Below are positions 26,300-35,705 of a DNA stretch of 64,000 nt, one piece after another; the stretch's first letter is position 1; each line of letters begins with the position of its first letter. A model generated the notes under the pieces. It saw only the letters and a program-made list of their open reading frames with translations, ran no database searches and was not told the DNA's origin. Both the position numbers and the translations under genes were made by a program. The stretch comes from Candidatus Avelusimicrobium excrementipullorum (GTDB taxonomy: Bacteria > Elusimicrobiota > Elusimicrobia > Elusimicrobiales > Elusimicrobiaceae). Location: assembly GCA_944327025.1 (NCBI GenBank), contig CALVGF010000003.1, forward strand, positions 36,667 to 100,666. The letters are read 5' to 3'.

Positions 26300-26325
26300 G
26301 GGGTTAGGGGCAGCGCCCCGAAAAT

Positions 26326-28884
26326 TTACTCCTCCCACCTCAGATACAGCGGGGTCAGGATATTGGGCACTTTGTCACACGCGGGCAAAATGCGCAGCGC
26401 ATAATCCTGCCGGCCGCTGTTGTAAGGCGAGAGCTGTACCTCGTAAATATACGCGTCACCGTCTTTGCCGGTGCAGGTCATGTCCACGGCGTCTTCTTTT
26501 TCAATGTCGCCCAGTGCGCCGCGGGTGCCCAGGTAGAGCTCCACCTGAATATCCTGCGGTTCCAGGCCGCCCAAAGACACGCGGGCTTTGAAATTGACTT
26601 TGTCGCCCATGAGGATAGCCTTGTCAAAAGCCGGCGTGGCGTCGGTCACGCTGACGCGGTACCAGTTGTCGGCGATTTTCTTGCGCCAGGCGGCCACCTG
26701 CGCGGCATGGTCGTTTTGGCTCAGCAGCTGGCCGAAATTATGCGCGCCGATGTAGAATTTTTCGTAATATTCCTTCACCATGCGGTTGGTGTTGAATACG
26801 GGCGCGATTTCGCGGATGGATTTTTTCATCAGCGCCAGCCACGCGGCGGAAAAGCCCTTGTCGTTTTTGGCGTAATAGGTCGGGGCGATTTCCTGTTCCA
26901 GCAGGTTGTACAAAGATTCCGCTTCCACGGCGTCGCGTTCGGCGTCGGAAGCGTATTTTTCCGCTCCGCCGATGGACCAGCCGAAATCGCACGGGCCGAC
27001 TTCGTCCCACCAGCCGTCCAGAATGGACAGCATCAGCGCCCCGTTGACGGCCGCTTTCATGCCCGACGTTCCGCTGGCTTCCATGGGGCGGATGGGGTTG
27101 TTGAGCCACACGTCCACGCCCTGCACCATATAGCGGGCCACATTCATATTGTAGTCTTCAATAAAGACAACTTTGTTTTTAAAACGCGCGTCGTTTTGGG
27201 TCAGGTTGTAAATCGTTTTGATAAACTCTTTGCCCATGGTGTCGGCCGGGTGCGCTTTACCGGCGAACACGAACTGCACGGGGCGCAGCGGATTGTTGAC
27301 GATTTTATCCAGCCGGTCCAAATCCTTAAACAGCAGCGTGGCGCGTTTGTAGGTGGCAAAGCGGCGCGCAAAGCCGATGGTCAGCACATCGGGCTTTAGG
27401 ATTTTGCTGGCCTTGTTGACCGTCATCATGTCAAAGCCCTGGCGTTTAAGCTGGTGTTTCATGCGCCGGCGCGCCAGGTTGATAAGTTTGGTCTTGCGCT
27501 GGGCGTGCATATTCCACAGTTCTTCATCGGGGATATCGTCCACTTTTTCCCAAATTTTGGCGTCGGAAGGGTCCACTTCGCCCATTTGGTTGCCGTTGAA
27601 AAGGTATTTGCGGTACAGGTCGTTAATTTCGTGCGACACCCAGGACGCGCTGTGTATGCCGTTGGTAATGCTGCCGACGGGCACTTCGTTAATGGGCAGG
27701 CCGGGCCACAGATTATGCCACATCTCGCGGCTGACTTTGCCGTGCAGCTTGGCCACGCCGTTGGCGTAGGCGGTCAGACGCAGCGCCAGCACCGTCATGC
27801 AGAAGGTGGCGGAGTCTGCTTTCTCTTTGCCCAGCGCCAGAAAATCATCCCAGGAAATACCCATTTGCTGGGCGTAATATTCCATATATTTGCGCACGAG
27901 CATGGGGTCAAAATGTTCATTGCCGGCGATGACGGGCGTGTGCGTGGTAAAGACCGACGAAGCCCACACGATTTCCCGCGCCTGCGCAAAATTCATTTTC
28001 CGTTGCTGCATGATGTCAATAATACGCTGAATCAGCAGGAAAGCGCTGTGCCCTTCGTTGATATGGTAAACGGTGGGGTATTTGCCCATGGCGGTTAAGG
28101 CTTTGACGCCGCCGATGCCCAGCACGATTTCCTGGCGGATGCGGTTTTCGCGGTCGCCGCCGTATAATTTTTCGGTAATCAGGCGCTGGGCGGGGGTGTT
28201 TTCCTGCAGGTTGGTGTCCAGCAAGTACAAATCGGTGCGGCCCGTTTCCACGCGCCAGACGCAGGCCTTGACGGTTTCGTTAAACCCAAGCGGTACGTCC
28301 ACGATGATTTCGTTGCCGTTGGCGTCCAGCACGCGTTCCACGGCCATATGTGCCCAGTCATTGTCAGGGTATTCTTCGTTTTGCCAGCCGTCGCGGTTCA
28401 AAAGCTGCTGCACATAGCCTTTTTTATAAAAAAGCCCCATGCCGATGATAGGCATGCCCAGGTCGCTGGCGGATTTCATGTGGTCGCCGGCCAGCATACC
28501 CAGACCGCCGGAATAAATGGGCAGTCCTTCCCCGATGCCGTATTCCATGGAGAAATAGGCCGTCAGCATATCCCCCTGTTCTTTTTTGTGTTCTTTATAC
28601 CAGGTATGGGAATTGTTTTTATAATTGTAATAGGCTTCTTTTACCTTGTTGACCTGTTCCACAAAGGCCGTATCGCGGCTGAGCTCTTCCAGGCGTTTTT
28701 GCGGTACGCTGCCCAGCATCCATTTGGGGTTGCGGCGGGAAGCGGTCCAAAGTTTGGGGTCAATTTGCACAAACAGCAGAATGGCCGGCCAATTCCAGGT
28801 AAACCACATGTCGCTGGCCAGTTCTTCCAAAAATTTAATATTGTCGGGCAGATTGGGCTGCACGGTAAAAGAATGGATTTTCAT
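26326..28884 (-). CDS. glgP: Alpha-glucan (glycogen/maltodextrin) phosphorylase, GlgP 'alpha-glucan family' type
   Basis: 852 aa. Conserved GGLG.LAGD (SGGLGMLAGDH), an EASGTSGMKA PLP-lysine region and YFSMEYG. AAGGAGAATA SD. Confidence 0.9.
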   Translation of the reverse strand: MKIHSFTVQPNLPDNIKFLEELASDMWFTWNWPAILLFVQIDPKLWTASRRNPKWMLGSVPQKRLEELSRDTAFVEQVNKVKEAYYNYKNNSHTWYKEHKKEQGDMLTAYFSMEYGIGEGLPIYSGGLGMLAGDHMKSASDLGMPIIGMGLFYKKGYVQQLLNRDGWQNEEYPDNDWAHMAVERVLDANGNEIIVDVPLGFNETVKACVWRVETGRTDLYLLDTNLQENTPAQRLITEKLYGGDRENRIRQEIVLGIGGVKALTAMGKYPTVYHINEGHSAFLLIQRIIDIMQQRKMNFAQAREIVWASSVFTTHTPVIAGNEHFDPMLVRKYMEYYAQQMGISWDDFLALGKEKADSATFCMTVLALRLTAYANGVAKLHGKVSREMWHNLWPGLPINEVPVGSITNGIHSASWVSHEINDLYRKYLFNGNQMGEVDPSDAKIWEKVDDIPDEELWNMHAQRKTKLINLARRRMKHQLKRQGFDMMTVNKASKILKPDVLTIGFARRFATYKRATLLFKDLDRLDKIVNNPLRPVQFVFAGKAHPADTMGKEFIKTIYNLTQNDARFKNKVVFIEDYNMNVARYMVQGVDVWLNNPIRPMEASGTSGMKAAVNGALMLSILDGWWDEVGPCDFGWSIGGAEKYASDAERDAVEAESLYNLLEQEIAPTYYAKNDKGFSAAWLALMKKSIREIAPVFNTNRMVKEYYEKFYIGAHNFGQLLSQNDHAAQVAAWRKKIADNWYRVSVTDATPAFDKAILMGDKVNFKARVSLGGLEPQDIQVELYLGTRGALGDIEKEDAVDMTCTGKDGDAYIYEVQLSPYNSGRQDYALRILPACDKVPNILTPLYLRWEE

Positions 28885-28946
28885 GTATTCTCCTTAAATA
28901 AAATCGTTCCGTTTCATTATATAAAATTACGCTCGCGCACACGCGT

Positions 28947-29993
28947 TTAGAGCGTGACGTGCAAAATAACGAAATACGCCACCATCAGCACCGCGCCCAG
29001 CGGAACGGCGGCTTTGGCCCATTCCTTGCTGGTGATTTTGAGCTTGGAGGCGCAAATAATGTTGGGGATATTTCCCGGGATCAGCATGCCGCCGGAAATG
29101 ATTAAGCTCATCAGCAGGAAAACCAGGTTGCGCGTGGAAATGTCCGGCGTGATTTCAATGGCGGCCAGCGTGGCATTGTCCAGAATGGCCGAAAGCATAT
29201 TGATAAAATACAGCGCATTTTCGGACAGATGGGCGATAGTCTGCACGGCCAGCGGTTTAAGGCCGTCCCCCAGCAACACCAGCGCCATGACAAACAAATA
29301 CACTTTGGCCGCCCGCACCACAATGCTTTTGACGGTGTGTTCTTCGCTCTGGGTGTCCTCCGCCGCGGCGTTTTCCACCTTTTTAATGCGCATGGCCAGC
29401 GCGGCCAGCACGATGTTTCCGGCCAGCACAAACCAGCCCAGGTGTTTCAGCAAAAACCAAAAATCGGCGTAATGCGGCGCGCCTTTAAGTTTGGACAACA
29501 CAATCGTGCCCAGCGGCTCGCCGATGGAGGTCAGCACCGCGCCCATGCCTACGGCAAAGCAGCTGTATACCACCAGCTGCACGCGGCCTTTGCGGTCAAT
29601 GGGCAGCAGCGGGATAATTTCAGACAGTATCAAAGCGGCAATAATGGCGGTAATGACGCTGGAGGTCATGCCCAGCAAAAGCACAATGGCGGCCAGGGCG
29701 GCGCGCAGACCGATGACGGACACGGTTTTGGTCGTGGCGCGCTGCAAGGCGCGGTGAAACTGTTTAAATAAAAGGCCGGCCACCAAAACGGCCAGCGTAA
29801 TTTTTATGGGGTCCTGCAGGGAGGTTTTAATCAGTTCCCAGTTCCACATGTTTGTAACGGATACCGCCACGGCGCCGCAGATAAATAAAAACGCTTCCAG
29901 GTTTTCTTCCACTTTGCGTACCGTCAGAGGCAGTACCAGCACCAGCAGAATCAGCAGGCACAGCAGGCTTGTTTGAAAAACGGACAATTCCAT
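28947..29993 (-). CDS. Polytopic membrane protein, DUF1646-like putative cation transporter
   Basis: 348 aa with about 10 TM segments. The family assignment is from recollection of DUF1646 (ion-transporter superfamily) and is not verified. GGAGGAG SD. Confidence 0.5.
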   Translation of the reverse strand: MELSVFQTSLLCLLILLVLVLPLTVRKVEENLEAFLFICGAVAVSVTNMWNWELIKTSLQDPIKITLAVLVAGLLFKQFHRALQRATTKTVSVIGLRAALAAIVLLLGMTSSVITAIIAALILSEIIPLLPIDRKGRVQLVVYSCFAVGMGAVLTSIGEPLGTIVLSKLKGAPHYADFWFLLKHLGWFVLAGNIVLAALAMRIKKVENAAAEDTQSEEHTVKSIVVRAAKVYLFVMALVLLGDGLKPLAVQTIAHLSENALYFINMLSAILDNATLAAIEITPDISTRNLVFLLMSLIISGGMLIPGNIPNIICASKLKITSKEWAKAAVPLGAVLMVAYFVILHVTL

Positions 29994-30062
29994 ATCTCCT
30001 CCCCATAGATCAGTTTATGGTTATATTGTATGAAATTTTGCCGTTGTAATACCGGTTGCCGG

Positions 30063-30098
30063 AAAATAAAAAACCGGCCGTGGCGTCATGCCGGCCGG
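30063..30098 (-). terminator. Intrinsic terminator downstream of tRNA-Glu
   Basis: The minus strand reads CCGGCCG-GCATGACGCCA-CGGCCGG followed by TTTTTTTATTTT. Confidence 0.8.
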
Positions 30099-30108
30099 AT
30101 AAAAAATA

Positions 30109-30182
30109 CGTCCCGTACGAGATTCGAACTCGTGATCTCCGCCTTGAGAGGGCGGCGTCCTAAACCGCTAGACGAACGGGAC
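30109..30182 (-). tRNA. tRNA-Glu (anticodon CUC)
   Basis: Manual cloverleaf closely parallel to bacterial tRNA-Glu: GTCCCGT TC GTCT AGCGGTTTA GGAC G CCGCC CTCTCAA GGCGG AGATC ACGAG TTCGAAT CTCGT ACGGGAC G. Confidence 0.9.
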
Positions 30183-30193
30183 TGAACATATAT

Positions 30194-30202
30194 ATTTTAG
30201 CA
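30194..30202 (-). promoter_or_regulatory. Extended -10 promoter TGcTAAAAT for tRNA-Glu
   Basis: The minus strand reads TTTGCTAAAAT and ends 11 nt upstream of the mature 5' end. Confidence 0.6.
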
Positions 30203-30275
30203 AATTCTCTTTCTTTCGCCTAGCGGCGGGAGGACAGCCGGCCAACTGCATATATGCGGGCATGGCTGCGTAAAA

Positions 30276-30284
30276 TGCTAAAAT
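30276..30284 (+). promoter_or_regulatory. Extended -10 promoter TGcTAAAAT for ychF
   Basis: Located 37 nt upstream of ATG 30322, with an AAGGAG SD in between. Confidence 0.55.
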
Positions 30285-30321
30285 ATACCTATATTTCCCT
30301 TTATTTAAGGAGTATATTTCC

Positions 30322-31395
30322 ATGGAAATCGGTATCGTCGGCCTGCCCAATGTGGGCAAATCCACCCTTTTTAACGCCCTGACCTGCGCGGGGGCGGAAG
30401 CAAGCAATTATCCTTTTTGCACCATAGAGCCCAATGTGGGCATTGTGCCCATACCGGACAAGCGGCTGGACAAATTGTTTGACATGTTCAAACCGCCCAA
30501 GAAAACCGCCGCTTTTATTAAATTTGTGGATATCGCCGGCATCGTCAAGGGCGCCAGCCAGGGCGAAGGGCTGGGCAATAAATTTTTGGCCAATATCCGC
30601 GAGGTGGACGCGATTATCCATGTGGTGCGTTTGTTTGAAGACGAAAACGTGACCCATGTAATGAACTCCGTAGACCCGCTGCGCGACATTGAGGTGATTA
30701 ATACCGAGCTGATGCTGGCGGACTTGGAAACGGCCGGCAAAATCTGTGACCGTCTGGGCAGCAACGCCAAAAGCGGCAAAAAAGAAGCCGTGGCCGCTTT
30801 TGAAACCATGAAGCAAATCAAAGCCGCGCTGGAGGACGGCAAGCCGGTGTCCTCTTTGCATTTGGAGCCGGAAGTGCTTAAAGAATACCAGTTCTTAACG
30901 GCCAAGCCCGTTTTGTATGTGGGCAATAATTCCGAAAAACGCAACGCCGAAAACGCCGCCAAAGTGGCCGCTTACGCCAAGGAAACCGGCGCGGGCTTTG
31001 TGGAGCTGTGCGTCAAATTTGAGGCCGACATAGCCGAATTTTCCGAAGAGGAAAAAAAGGCATTTTTAGCCGAAACCGGCAATGATTATACGGGGCTGGA
31101 AAAAGTGGTGCGCGAAGGCATGAAGCTGCTAAACCTCTGCACCTATTTCACGGCCGGCAGCGAGGTGGAAGTGCGCAGCTGGTTAATCCCCGTGGGCTGC
31201 ACCGCGCCGCAGGCGGCGGGCAAAATACACAGCGATTTTGAAAAAGGCTTTATCCGCGCCGACGTATACACTTTTGACGATCTGGTCAAATACGGCGATG
31301 AAAAAGCCCTGCGCGAGCACGGCCTGATCCGCTCCGAAGGCAAGGACTATATTGTAAAGGACGGCGACGTCTGCCTGTTTAAAATTAATGCCTGA
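30322..31395 (+). CDS. ychF: Redox-regulated ATPase YchF (Obg-like GTPase family)
   Basis: G1 motif GIVGLPNVGKST, then DIAGIVKGAS and the C-terminal TGS/YchF domain (IRAD..F.DL). Confidence 0.95.
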   Translation: MEIGIVGLPNVGKSTLFNALTCAGAEASNYPFCTIEPNVGIVPIPDKRLDKLFDMFKPPKKTAAFIKFVDIAGIVKGASQGEGLGNKFLANIREVDAIIHVVRLFEDENVTHVMNSVDPLRDIEVINTELMLADLETAGKICDRLGSNAKSGKKEAVAAFETMKQIKAALEDGKPVSSLHLEPEVLKEYQFLTAKPVLYVGNNSEKRNAENAAKVAAYAKETGAGFVELCVKFEADIAEFSEEEKKAFLAETGNDYTGLEKVVREGMKLLNLCTYFTAGSEVEVRSWLIPVGCTAPQAAGKIHSDFEKGFIRADVYTFDDLVKYGDEKALREHGLIRSEGKDYIVKDGDVCLFKINA

Positions 31396-32605
31396 ACTCT
31401 GCCAACATTTCAAACAATGCGGCGGCTGCGCCATGCTGGACCTGCCTTACGGCCAGCAGCTGGAGCAAAAAACCGCGCGCGTCAAAGAGCTGCTTGAGGA
31501 TTTCTGGAGCGGGGATATTCCCGTTACGCCGACGGACGAGCCGTTTTATTTCCGTAACAAGGTAGAGCTGGGCTTCTGTCATCAGCCGGTGTGGAAGGAG
31601 CCTTTTGACAAAAAAGTAAAACGCGACAAAACCGTCCCGCTGGAATTTGAACAGACTCTGGGCTTTAAACTCAAAGGCCGCTGGGACCGCGCCGTGGATA
31701 TACAGCAGTGCGTGCTGTTTGACGAACATTTAATTCCGCTTTTGCAGGCTGTGCGCGCCTGGGCCAAAGCGGAAAATTTGTCCTATTATGACCACCGCCG
31801 CCATACGGGCGTGCTGCGCCATTTGATGCTGCGCACGGGCAAAAACACCGGCGAGGCCATTGCGGTGCTGTTTGTAACCGACGACGTGCCGGAGAAAAGT
31901 TTTGTATCCGCGGTGGAAAGCGTCTGGCCGCAGGCCAACATTATGCTGGCCGTCAATACGTCGCTGGCCGACACCGCCGCGCCGGAAAGCCTGCGCGTGC
32001 TGAAAGGCAGGGATTTTATCACGGAAAAAATCATTTTGTCCGCGCCGGACGGCGCCGCAGAGCGCGAAGTGGTTTTTAAACTGTCCCCGCAGTCTTTTTT
32101 CCAAACCAATACGCTGACCGCGCAAAAAATGTACAGCCGCGTGCGCGCGCTGGTCAAAGGGATTTCGCCCAAAATCATTTATGATTTATACGGTGGAGCG
32201 GGCAGTTTTTCGCTGTCCTGTGCCGATTTGTGCGAAAAAAGCCTGTGCGTGGAATCCGTCGCTCCCGCCGTGTACAACGGCATAGAAAACGCCAAGCTAA
32301 ACGGCGTGCAAAACGTGCAGTTTTTCTGCGCCAAGGTGGAGGATTTCGTTAAACAGCAGCCGATTGAAAAAAAGGACGCGCTGATTATTTTGGATCCGCC
32401 CCGCTCCGGCATGCACCCCAAAGCCGCCAAAGCGGTGGCCGAGTCGGGCGTGGAAAAAGTTTTGTATATTTCCTGCAACCCCGTTACGCTGGCGGCAGAC
32501 CTGAAAATTTTATCGCAGCATTACAATGTTACCGCCGCGGAAACGTTTGATTTTTTCCCGCATACGGACCATATTGAAACCCTGGTGCAGTTAAAACGCA
32601 AATGA
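31388..32605 (+). CDS. 23S rRNA/tRNA (uracil-5-)-methyltransferase family protein (RlmD/TrmA-like, no TRAM domain)
   Basis: N-terminal Cys cluster CQHFKQCGGCAML, SAM motif DLYGGAGSFS, DPPRSG, and the catalytic-Cys context YISCNP. Confidence 0.85.
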   Translation: MPELCQHFKQCGGCAMLDLPYGQQLEQKTARVKELLEDFWSGDIPVTPTDEPFYFRNKVELGFCHQPVWKEPFDKKVKRDKTVPLEFEQTLGFKLKGRWDRAVDIQQCVLFDEHLIPLLQAVRAWAKAENLSYYDHRRHTGVLRHLMLRTGKNTGEAIAVLFVTDDVPEKSFVSAVESVWPQANIMLAVNTSLADTAAPESLRVLKGRDFITEKIILSAPDGAAEREVVFKLSPQSFFQTNTLTAQKMYSRVRALVKGISPKIIYDLYGGAGSFSLSCADLCEKSLCVESVAPAVYNGIENAKLNGVQNVQFFCAKVEDFVKQQPIEKKDALIILDPPRSGMHPKAAKAVAESGVEKVLYISCNPVTLAADLKILSQHYNVTAAETFDFFPHTDHIETLVQLKRK

Positions 32606-33114
32606 TACGCATCCGCCCCGAAACGCCGGCCGACTATGCGCGGACGGAAACTTTTATTACTTCCGCTTTTGCCACGGCCAAAGTGTCCGACGGTATGGAA
32701 GCGGAGTTTGTGCGCCGCCTGCGCGGCTCGGAGCGGTATCTCCCGTCTTTATCTCTGCTGATGGAAGAATACGGAGAGCCGGTCGGGCATATTATGTTAA
32801 GCCGCCTGCCCGTGCGCGGACGTGAAAATTTGAAAATGCTCCTGCTGGCTCCGCTGGCCGTGCGGCTGGACAAACGCGGGCAGGGGCTGGGGGCGCAGTT
32901 GGCGCGCGAAGCTTTGCGCCGCGCGGCGCGGGAACGGTATGAAGCCGTCTGCGTGCTGGGTGACCCCGCCTATTACGGGCGTTTTGGCTTTGCGCGGCTG
33001 GACAGCGTGGGGCTAAAGGGCAATGACAGCCTGCCTGCGGCTTATACGCAGGTTTTGGCGTTAAAAGAAGGCGCGCTTTCGGGGCCCGCCGGATATATTG
33101 ATTTTTTAGGATGA
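32602..33114 (+). CDS. GNAT family N-acetyltransferase
   Basis: 170 aa. Acetyl-CoA motif region RGQGLGAQLAREALRRA. ATGA overlap with the upstream gene. Confidence 0.8.
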   Translation: MIRIRPETPADYARTETFITSAFATAKVSDGMEAEFVRRLRGSERYLPSLSLLMEEYGEPVGHIMLSRLPVRGRENLKMLLLAPLAVRLDKRGQGLGAQLAREALRRAARERYEAVCVLGDPAYYGRFGFARLDSVGLKGNDSLPAAYTQVLALKEGALSGPAGYIDFLG

Positions 33115-33117
33115 TTT

Positions 33118-35631
33118 ATGAATTTGGACGAAGCTTTAAAATCGTTAAACCCGCAGCAGCTGGAAGCTGTTAATTACGACGCAGGCCCGTGCCTGATTGT
33201 GGCCGGTGCGGGGACGGGCAAAACCAAAACGCTGACCACCAAAATCGCCAAGCTGATTCACGACGGCTATTCGCCGTACCGCATTTTGGCCGTGACCTTT
33301 ACCAACAAAGCCGCGCAGGAAATGCGCGAGCGCGTGGAAGCCCTGGTGCCGGGCCAAAGCCGCAATGTGTGGATACATACGTTCCACTCCTTCGGCGTGC
33401 GCCTGCTGCGCCAAAACGCCGAAAAACTGGGGCTGACGCGGGACTTTGCCATTTATGACGAAAGCGAACAAAAGCGTCTGGTTACGCTTTTGCTGGAGCA
33501 AATGGGCGTTAAAGAACCCAAAAAAGAGGCGGGGCAAATCGTCAGTATGATTTCGCGCGCCAAGGACGACTGCGTGTCGCCCGAAGGCCTGATGACCAAC
33601 GCCACCGCCAGCGGGCTGGACTACCGCATTCGCGCGGCGGAAATTTACAAACGCTATGAGCAGGAACTGCACAAAGCCGGCGCGCTGGATTTTGGCGATT
33701 TGCTGGTCAAGACCCTGCAGCTTTTAAAAGAGCATGAGGACGTGCGGGATTATTACCAGCAGTTCTTCCAGTATATTCTGGTGGATGAATACCAGGACAC
33801 CAACCATACCCAATACCTGATTACGCGCCTGCTGGCCGAAAAACACCGCAAGCTCTGCGTGGTGGGCGACCCCGACCAAAGCATTTATTCCTGGCGCGGC
33901 GCAAACATACGCAATATTTTGGAGTTTGAAAAAGATTTCAAAGACGCCAAGACGATTACGCTGGAGCAGAACTACCGCTCCACCAAAGTGATTTTGGACG
34001 CCTCCAACAAACTGATTTCCAAAAACGCCAAGCGCAAAGAGAAAAACCTGTTTACCGACAAACAGCGCGGCGACGATATAGAAGTGCGCGAAGCCCCCAC
34101 CGAAGGCATGGAAGCCGTCTGGGTGGCGCAGAACATTAAAGCGCTGGTGGAAGAAGGCGGCTACAGTTTAAACGACATTGCCGTGTTTTACCGCACCAAT
34201 GCGCAGAGCCGTAACTTTGAAGAAACCTTCCGCCGCTACCAGATTCCGTACCGGCTGGTCGGCACCGTCAGTTTCTACAACCGCAAAGAAATCAAAGATA
34301 TGCTCTGTTATGCGCGCCTGCTGATTAACCCCGATGACAATATGAGTTTGCTGCGCGTGATAAATACTCCGGCCCGCGGGCTGGGCAAAACGGCGCAGGA
34401 GCGTCTGCTGGCTTATGCGCAGGCGAACGGGCTTTCCGTATACGGCGCGCTGAAGGCCGCGCAGTCCGTGCCGGAGTTGACGCCCATGGCGCGCCGCGCC
34501 TGCATGGAATTTGTGCGCCTGGTGGAAGGATGGCGCGCGGATATGTTTGTTTCTTCCCCGACGGACGTAATGCACAAAATCCTGACCACGTCGGGCTATG
34601 AAGCCGCCGTTAAAAAAGACCTGGCCGAAGGCAAAGATTCCGAGGCCGAAAGCCGCCTGCAGAACCTGGACGAGTTGATAAACGCCGTTAAAGAATATGA
34701 AGAACGCAAAGAGGAGCCGTCTTTGTCCGACTTTTTGCAGGAAGTATCCCTGATGACGGGCACGGACGACAGCCAGGCAGCCGAAGGCGGCGCGGTTACG
34801 CTGATGACGGTGCATTTGGCCAAAGGGCTGGAGTTTGATGCCGTGTTTGTCACGGGGTTGGAGGAGGGCCTGTTCCCTATTAACCGCGACGACAGCGACG
34901 AAATGGAAGAAGAACGCCGCCTGTGTTATGTGGCCATGACGCGCGCGCGGGAAAAGCTGTTTATGACCTATGCCCAGCGCCGCCGCACCTACGGCAAGAT
35001 GTATGAGAATGTGCCGTCGCGCTTTTTATTTGAATGCGGACTCTTGGACGAAGAGGACCGCGAACGGCTGGAGCAGAGCCAGCCCCGCTATGACAATTTT
35101 AAAACCAAGTACGGCCTTTACGGGCAGGGCGGCGGTTTTTACGGGGGCGGCAGAAACAAAAGCGGCTATCACGGCTCCACGGGCCGCAGTGCAGACAGTT
35201 ATAACGGCTTTGAAGGTTTTGTCAGCCGCAGCCGCTTTCAAAAACAGTATGACGAGCAGGGGTATGAAATAGAAAACGATGATTTGGATTATACTTCATC
35301 GTCTTTCAAGGGTTCGTCCGGCCTGGGTGCGCTGTACGGCGCGCGCAGCCAGGCGTCCGGCGGGCCCCGGCCCGGGTTTTCCGCTTCGGACAGCCGCCGC
35401 CATTTCCCGGGGAGTTATCATTCCTCCCCCAAACAGGAGGCGGGTACTTCCACCACCGCCGGCAACGGCAAAACCGTGGCCGTCGGGGGCAAAGTCAAGC
35501 ACGGGGCTTTTGGGGTGGGCACGGTAACCGCCGTGGCCGGCTCGGGCGACAGCTGCAAAATCACCGTGCAATTTTCCAACGGTGTGCAGCGCACGTTTAT
35601 GCTCTCTTTCGCTCCGCTGGAAATATTGTAA
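33118..35631 (+). CDS. pcrA: ATP-dependent DNA helicase PcrA/UvrD (SF1A) with a long low-complexity linker and a C-terminal Tudor-like domain
   Basis: Walker A AGAGTGKT, DEYQDTN, QNYRS, VTLMTVHLAKGLEF and YVAMTRAR. The C-terminal GKVKHGAFGVGTV...V.F matches the PcrA/UvrD C-terminal domain pattern. Confidence 0.9.
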   Translation: MNLDEALKSLNPQQLEAVNYDAGPCLIVAGAGTGKTKTLTTKIAKLIHDGYSPYRILAVTFTNKAAQEMRERVEALVPGQSRNVWIHTFHSFGVRLLRQNAEKLGLTRDFAIYDESEQKRLVTLLLEQMGVKEPKKEAGQIVSMISRAKDDCVSPEGLMTNATASGLDYRIRAAEIYKRYEQELHKAGALDFGDLLVKTLQLLKEHEDVRDYYQQFFQYILVDEYQDTNHTQYLITRLLAEKHRKLCVVGDPDQSIYSWRGANIRNILEFEKDFKDAKTITLEQNYRSTKVILDASNKLISKNAKRKEKNLFTDKQRGDDIEVREAPTEGMEAVWVAQNIKALVEEGGYSLNDIAVFYRTNAQSRNFEETFRRYQIPYRLVGTVSFYNRKEIKDMLCYARLLINPDDNMSLLRVINTPARGLGKTAQERLLAYAQANGLSVYGALKAAQSVPELTPMARRACMEFVRLVEGWRADMFVSSPTDVMHKILTTSGYEAAVKKDLAEGKDSEAESRLQNLDELINAVKEYEERKEEPSLSDFLQEVSLMTGTDDSQAAEGGAVTLMTVHLAKGLEFDAVFVTGLEEGLFPINRDDSDEMEEERRLCYVAMTRAREKLFMTYAQRRRTYGKMYENVPSRFLFECGLLDEEDRERLEQSQPRYDNFKTKYGLYGQGGGFYGGGRNKSGYHGSTGRSADSYNGFEGFVSRSRFQKQYDEQGYEIENDDLDYTSSSFKGSSGLGALYGARSQASGGPRPGFSASDSRRHFPGSYHSSPKQEAGTSTTAGNGKTVAVGGKVKHGAFGVGTVTAVAGSGDSCKITVQFSNGVQRTFMLSFAPLEIL

Positions 35632-35655
35632 ATAGCGGAGTTTTTGACCTTTTCA

Positions 35656-35689
35656 ACAAAAAACCCCCGCCGTAAAGGCGGGGGTTTTT
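35656..35689. terminator. Bidirectional intrinsic terminator
   Basis: AAAAAA-CCCCCGCC-GTAAA-GGCGGGGG-TTTTT. Confidence 0.85.
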
Positions 35690-35705
35690 GCAAACAGATA
35701 TCTTA

